Shown piece by piece: positions 33,799 through 40,568 of a stretch of 40,568 nucleotides of DNA. Source of the stretch: Asterionella formosa (taxonomy: Eukaryota); contig NKIB01014792.1 of assembly GCA_002256025.1 (NCBI GenBank), positions 1-40,568 on the forward strand. The letters run 5' to 3'. Below the pieces are notes generated by a model, which worked only from the letters and a program-made list of their open reading frames with translations, searched no databases and was not told the origin of the DNA. The translations under genes and the position numbers were made by a program. Every line of letters begins with the position of its first letter. The stretch's first letter is position 1.

Positions 33799-35958
33799 AT
33801 GAGTAAGAAGAAGAATGCAAGCGGTGAGACTAAAAAGCTTGCCAATCTACCTCGGGATGTCTTGTATGCCAAGGATATACCAGCAGATGTTGAAGATAAG
33901 GTAGCCCAAGGAATTCTGAATGCTTTGGACAAATTGAAAAAGACATCTGTTGACCGACGTTTGGCTGAATTGACTGGTACAAGTGCACTCCGATATCGTA
34001 CAGAGATAAGCTATGAGGTTCACTTTCATGGTCTTACAAATTTCTTCAAATTGATTGGAGATTATGAGTCACTGTTCATGCTTAGGGAAAAATGTCCTGC
34101 CAACTGTCCATCCATTAAGGTAGAATCCCTTGTAATGTATGTATGGTGGAAATACAATGCATCTAGTATGACATTAGTGGATCTTGGTGGAAAGGAAGTT
34201 TATGATGTCATGGGGCATCTTATAAAATGTCGTGGGGATTGGAATGCCCCTGAAAAGCGTAAGGGATTTCATACTGCAGTATGGTGCATTCATAAGGCTC
34301 ACAATCAAACTGGTAACTGCATACAGGCTTGTTAAGACTGTCGTGGTATGCCCTTTGATGAGTGGTATAAGGGATGCAGTACCCAAAAGGGTCATCCTGC
34401 TCTAATTAGGTCTGGTAATCCTGCATACGACTCAGTCTTTACAGATTGTTTGGATAGAATTGGGATGGATAGACGAGACTACTTAAGGCAACCTACAGAG
34501 CAGCTCCTACCTTGCTGGGTGCAACAGTTGCGTGATTGTCTTTTGTCCAGCAATTCAATAATTGACTTGCAGACATTTACAATCATCCAGATATCTATTT
34601 GTCTGTTCCTTCGCTTTGATGAATTCGTGGACATCGAGCTAGACCATTTTGAAGCAAAGCATTTTGTCTTTGATGAGCGATGCTGGAAACATCCGAGCTC
34701 TATGTCTAAAAGTCTTTGGGAAGTCAGACGAAAACTGGGTGCATCTGTTCCTCTGGATCTATGAAGAATTCCCAGAGTTTTGTCCAGTGTCACTCCTACT
34801 GTCTTACTTGCACTGTGCAAAGATCAAGGAAGGTTTTCTTTTTCCTACAGAGGACGAATTGAAATGTCCACCGGGTAATGGCATTTTTGTCACGCAGATT
34901 TCCTACAAAGTGGGAAGAAACCGGTTAACTAAAATTGTTAGAGAGGTGCTTGGTTTGGAGAATCTAAAGGTTGGTATGCATATTTTCCGTAGGACGGGGT
35001 ACCTGTTTGGTCGTTGGGGTGGTGGAGCTGTGGAATCCTTGATGAAATCTGCTCGTCACCAGTCACTCAAGACAGCAATGTTATATGTTGAGGATGCAGA
35101 TGCCCAGCTAGCAATTGCCCACATACACAACAATCATTTAACAAAGTGTATACATTCAAGTCTATATTTGTCAAGGTGACTATGGCTACACTAGCATTAA
35201 ACCTACCATCGGTGGTTTTTCAGTGCGAAATTTTGGAGCTTTCTAAAAGGTATGTACATGATCGACTGAATGTCCCAAGGTCACACCCAAGCTCCTTCAG
35301 TCCTGCGCACATAGTCGTATGTACCCTTGCTATGAGCTACGTACGGCCGCAGAATGCCAATGAACAGCTCGAGTTATTTTTGAACGAGCTAGCTACCCCT
35401 CGTGCAGAAAAATTACGCAGCCTGATCAACATTGTGGTACACACACGAGTTATGAAGAATGAAGAAAATCGGATGTATTTTAATGCTATTGCTGCTACTA
35501 CAAGTTATCAAGATTCAACAATGGAAAATGGTTCTACTAATACTGTTGCTACTACTACAATCGGAAAAACGAATGCTGCTACTAGCTATCCCAAAAGCAC
35601 CAAAGAAAAACCGGAAAAGTGGGTCCATTGAATTTGACGAGATTTTTTAGGTTGCCAAACAAAAAATTCTCATGAGAAGCTTGACTTGATCTTGAATCTT
35701 GCAAGAAAAATGGAGCGTCTCCTCCACTCAGATGTGACTGAAAGGATGCGACTCTTCTTTGATGTAAAATTTATCAAGCCGATAATCTTATGAATCCTGA
35801 ATCATTGCGATGGCAAAAGATACACTTTCCACAGCCTCCATCCACAGTTCCTCCTCTCAAAAATCCCCAAAGGCTCCGGATGTAGCAAGGTTGATTGTAG
35901 AGTAAATTGGTTAGTAAATCAAAAGAAATTGCATGTTAGCGATAGCACGGACCAGTGA
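33799..35958 (+). pseudogene. Tyrosine recombinase (phage-integrase fold), disrupted by an in-frame TAA at 34333 and frameshifts near 34680, 35140 and 35600-35670
   Basis: Catalytic residues in order: LFLRFDEF (R, 34612), VFGKSD (K), MHIFRRTGY (HxxR, 34979), SARHQSLKTAMLY (H 35057, Y 35084). Also FCPV and an upstream RSGNP. Confidence 0.85.
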
Positions 35959-38037
35959 CCGCTTTCAATCATCACATTTGGGGAGTTTGTTGTTTATTTC
36001 CATTTCTGTGTGGTGATGTGCATGATGCAACATTGGAGACGAATATTGAAAAGGTGCACATGCGCAACAAATAATATTTCAAAATGACTTCGTGACGTCA
36101 TGTCGTCGCTGCACCACATTACACCACCATAGACCTACTGGTACTCCACCTGGTACCTGGTACAAGGTACTCCGTACCAGGTATCGGTACAGGACACCGG
36201 TATACCGTGTGATGAGCAATGTTATTGCCCGTAGATGTTTACTGCCTGAAGTTGCACGTACTTTTCAAGAACTGCGCGAACTTCGCAGAAAAACGCGCGA
36301 CTAGAATTTTGCAATGATGGTTTTCTTTAAAGTGTCGACGGCAATTCCACTACGTCTGCAAATAAAAAGCATCATGCATATAGGATCAAGGGTATCATAC
36401 GCTAAGTGGCACAGGATTTTCGTCTATATATGATAATTTTTGGATCAAAAATATGATCAAGGTATCTTGTAACTATGATGATTTATTAATATTTTACCGA
36501 CCTTGAAGTATAATGATAATAAGAACATTATCATCACACGATGTATATAAACTGATCAACAACATTTCCCATCAATATCATAAACCTTCTCATATTATTT
36601 TCACTTCTCGTGATCACCCGATGTAAATCCTTACTACAATGTATCCTAAAACCAGCTCAACTCTATGCTATCATGTGAATTGTTTCATCGTAAATCTATT
36701 GTAAACATGATCATAATTCTAATCACAAAGATTGTTCAAAAAAAATGAAATGGATCGTAATTTAACTATCAAATTAAGCAATGCTATCTATTAATCTACA
36801 TGCCAGCGACCCAATGTTTCTCTCTCTACTCGGCTCAATGTATATTGTTCCTGTCTCGCCAATTTCTTCCTCTTTCTGAATTGTGCGCGAGGCAGTGCCT
36901 TACTGATGCTGCATCTCTTTCCCTGCTGTAAGTGTCATTCTGAACTTGCCGACAATTCCGTTGTTTGATTGTTTTTATTTTCCTATGCATGCAGTTACAG
37001 TAACAATGAGAAGGAATGATTTGTTAGCTAGTCATGTTACATTGACACAAGAACACGCAATTCCATTGTATCCTCTTGCTTCACTTACCACAAATCAATG
37101 CAAATGATGCATAAGTCTGTAATAGTAACTGGTCAGTAAATTCTTGAATAAGTAAGTTTCGGGTATCCAATGTTGTCGAATAAAACTTACCAGTTCATTT
37201 TTGTCAGCTTAACTTTGAGAGAAGGTAAACGTTTTGTCAGTTTTATTCCAACAGAAGTGAATAGGTCCAACGAGCGACAAGAGCACTTACGCAATTTGGT
37301 TTTGTTTTACATTGGTGCTCCCCAACAAGCGAAACGAGCTGTTGAATCAACTGAGAAAAAAGGAAATGTGCGTTTAGTTAACAATTTGTTGTTGTGCTGC
37401 CTGCCTCCCAACGATTGTCATCCAAGTACCACATTGATGGCTTCATTACCTTAAACATTCTTCATCCTTCGAAGGCGCAATGTGTCGAAGCCACAAAGTT
37501 TTCATTATGTATTGCGTAAACTTTCTTTTCTTGTCATGTGCTTTACTACGACCTATCTTTTCATGAAGCAGCAGGCATTGTTTGTTAACATGACAGAACG
37601 ATTTCAAAAATATATATGCCATGAATATAGTAATAAAAATTGTAAATATATATATATATATGAAGTGTAATACATTTATAAAATTCAAAGGCGCTCTCGA
37701 TATGGAACATCTGAGATGGTTGAGATGATCATACTCGCATATACATAATTCAAAAATACTCAATGCACTATATGTCCATTGTTTTCCTTGACTACGTGTA
37801 CCGGTATTATTTCTGAAATTTGTTTGCATCGATATTTTCTACGTCCGTTGAAACTTATTTAGACCATTCAATTGGAGTACTAAGTCATAACTGCCAGGGT
37901 TTTGGTAGCAAATTGTTTAAGCCCCTTTTTTGGGCGGGAGCTCTTCATGTGCACCGGTACATCATATGACACTAACAATATATCATATATATATATACAG
38001 AGTACCAGTAGCAGGTAGTAAGTAATATACTGGGGGT

Positions 38038-38428
38038 AGTTGGAGTAGTAAACTAGCAACAGAACACCATATGTTCAGGACTGTTGCTACTGCAGTGGGA
38101 CAGTAAATCATCATATTTTTAGGATTGTATGATCGTAAAACTAAAAACTACTAATAGAACACCATATGTTCAGGACTGTTGCTACTGCAGTGGGACAGTA
38201 AATCATCATAGTTTTAGGATCGTATAATCGTAAAACTAAAAACCAATAGAACACCATATGTTCAGGACTGTTGCTACTACTGCATTGCTGGAACAGTAAA
38301 TCATCATAGTTTTAGGACTGTATGATCGTAAAACTAAAAACCAATAGTCGGAGTAATAAGCAAGCAACAGAACACCATATGTCTATGACTGCTGCTACTG
38401 CAGCGGGACAGTAAATGAATTTAGGATC
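38038..38428. repeat. Minisatellite, 4 copies of a ~92-121 bp unit
   Basis: 'agaacaccatatgttcaggactgttgctactgcag.gggacagtaaatcatcata.ttttagga' begins at 38061, 38156, 38248 and (diverged) 38369. Confidence 0.95.
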
Positions 38429-38477
38429 ATCGAACTTTAAGGAAGACAACGACAACAGTTATCTAGTAGTACAAGCA

Positions 38478-40380
38478 ATGTCTTCAACAAACCATAAAGA
38501 GGTTCATGGAAACAAGCGACATGTGGCAAATACTGCCGGTATGGAACAAAGAAGCAAGTACCAAAATCCAAAATGAGTTAACAAAGAAAAAGCGAATAGG
38601 CGATTATCCAAAGGAGCCCAATCGGTGACAGGGAGTAAGTGGGGGTACTACCCCATTGTCGATGGGGACACCATCAGCTACCAGTACAAAGGCTCCCGTA
38701 ATTGATACTGAAAGCGATGATGACGTTTCTTTTTCAGTTGTTGATACAAGAAAAATGGCTCCTGTTGATGATGCCATTAATAACTCCCAGATGCAGATGG
38801 ACGACATGGTACCATATCATAAATTTTCTAATTGCACGGACCAACAAGTACATGAAAAACTGAGGGAAAAACATTTTGCACTTGCCAAAGGATATTATCA
38901 GTTGGTCAATGAACTCAATCACTACAAAGGTTGTAATTCGGTTCAAAACTCGTCCATACGAGGTTATCTAGAATCTTCAATTTCAGCAGCCTTATCAGAA
39001 CGTCGTTCCCGCTTAGCTAAAATTCAACCGATCCATCAATTGTAACAAAGGTTGTGAGCAAGTATTTTTTCAAGACCAAGAAGTTTTGCTGTGAACATGT
39101 AAGTTTGATGTTATAGTTCGCGAATTGCAGGTACTGTAAAACAGAATATCAATCTAATGTGCTTTTTTCTGGTCCCAAAAGAGAATCAAACATTCCGCCC
39201 TGCCTATCTGGTCCAAGTAGTATGAAAGGCATTTCCAATCACAAAGAGGATTGGTTTGCCCAATGTTGCCTATCTCGGCTATACACAGTGAAACCGGAGT
39301 TAGGCAAAGAAGTGGAGAGTGACCCAGAGCTTGCCGATTTCATTTGGAATGGTTCTGATGCACTACTTCCGATGAATCAGACCATTAAACGTACCAACAA
39401 GGCATGTTTAGATTATATTAAGTTAACATTTGGTGGCATGTGCATTAAAAAGTTGAGAGAATGTCAGAATGTATTGAATAATCAATTTAAAAGAATCTTG
39501 CAGGGCGGGATATTCTCCGAAAGCATGATGTTCTGAGTTGCTGATTATATTCTTATCAAATATGTTTGAATTAAAAATGCTAACATAATTCATGACACAC
39601 CAGCTGGTCTAACAGAATATAACTCCTTCCAGACTATGGATATTGATGACTTTATTAGGTGGGCGTTCACGCTTTATCGTTTTGCGCAGTCAAAGGACAT
39701 TCACAGCGGAAGCCAAGGATACCAAGTCTGGCGTGCTGATGTTCTTGCTCCAGTGCATTTTATAGGAAGAACAAGCCGTGGAGAACCATTTTTAACAAGA
39801 GACAAATCTGGTGTGATCAAATTTCAACTGAGTCCTTGGGCACAGTGTGAATTAAAATCACGTTTTGTTGGTTTTCTAATCAATGCCAGTACAGAAGCAT
39901 TTTGCTTCTTGGTGCTGAAAGGAACATTCCGATTGCAACAAAAATATTTGGGTTTCAATCCAGATACCCATGAAATTTCAGAGAACGATATTCGTCATTC
40001 TACCGATTTTGTCGACATTGGTGGGAAACCACTTATTAAAAAAAGTGTGAGCAAGGGAAGAAAGTTCAGTTTCAAATGGTCTTACTGATCAATGGACTGA
40101 TGATTTACTCGTTTATTATAAGGAAATCTACACTGGACTTTCACAAAAAGAATCGATCTGAATATGGAAGGAATCCTAGTGGAATTGCTACTCCCACCAC
40201 AAATATCATCTACCCACACTCATACTTCTCATTTCCAAACGTAAGTAAAGAGGATATGCATCAATTTGTTGAATCACTTCAACCAAATGTTCCTGAAAAG
40301 AATATTGATTATAATGACCGCATTAATCAACGGGAGCGACATTGATGACGATGACGATGTTGATTTTGAATGGATCTAAT
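38478..40380 (+). pseudogene. Fragmented coding-like sequence of unknown family, probably a decayed transposon accessory gene
   Basis: Chain of same-strand ORF pieces (38656-39045, 39159-39536, 39636-40088, 40076-40345), GTAAGT donor at 39099 and an acidic tail DIDDDDDVDFEWI*. Confidence 0.4.
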
Positions 40381-40568
40381 AGAATCCAATGCATACTTAG
40401 TAGTTGTTACATAATAATTATAGTAAGTGTGAGACTTCTACAATGCAAGCCATATCATAGATGATAGGAAAACATTGATTCTGCTCTATACTACTATTAC
40501 TATTAGTGCCGCCTGTACTACATGTAGCGGTATACCTCCATTTTTACTACTATGGTGGAGTGATAATT

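Larger units (their letters stand above)
32953..36295 (+). mobile_element. Tyrosine-recombinase DNA transposon-like element (Crypton-like); boundaries approximate
   Basis: YR pseudogene with no RT/RNaseH or gag ORF. End motifs are shared between 32989-33079 and 36276-36295. Confidence 0.6.

Noticed and set aside
36900..37900. Short minus- and plus-strand ORFs in the AT-rich tract
   Set aside because: No identifiable domains. May be decayed element sequence but cannot be supported.
38038..38428. CRISPR array
   Set aside because: Units repeat over their whole length with no unique spacers, there are no cas genes, and the context is eukaryotic.

Overview
This is eukaryotic nuclear DNA, most likely from a diatom. 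The evidence is short GT-AG introns, signal peptide + Phe (ASAFAP-type) plastid presequences, an RXL/Lys-rich secreted protein and diatom-type transposase relics; the species cannot be assigned. Ten apparently intact genes lie in compact islands: a plastid FAD-dependent oxidoreductase, annexin, a TRP-like channel, RPS11, COQ5, a small secreted silaffin-like protein, an M16A insulinase with a probable lumenal Tat signal, a COG1/Vps51-family protein, NDC80 and a PI-PLC-X-like protein. AT-rich tracts of decayed mobile DNA separate them: a PIF/Harbinger transposase pseudogene, a tRNA-derived SINE-like unit, a Tc1/IS630-like fragment, a TRIM-like mini LTR element and a possible CACTA-like end with a minisatellite. 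The most unusual structure is an RT-less tyrosine-recombinase (Crypton-like) element at ~32.9-36.3 kb. Upstream of the recombinase is a head-to-head array of helically phased 10-bp repeats, and motifs from that array recur at the far end of the element. A GGTACC(A/T) heptamer repeat also marks most gene-flanking regions.
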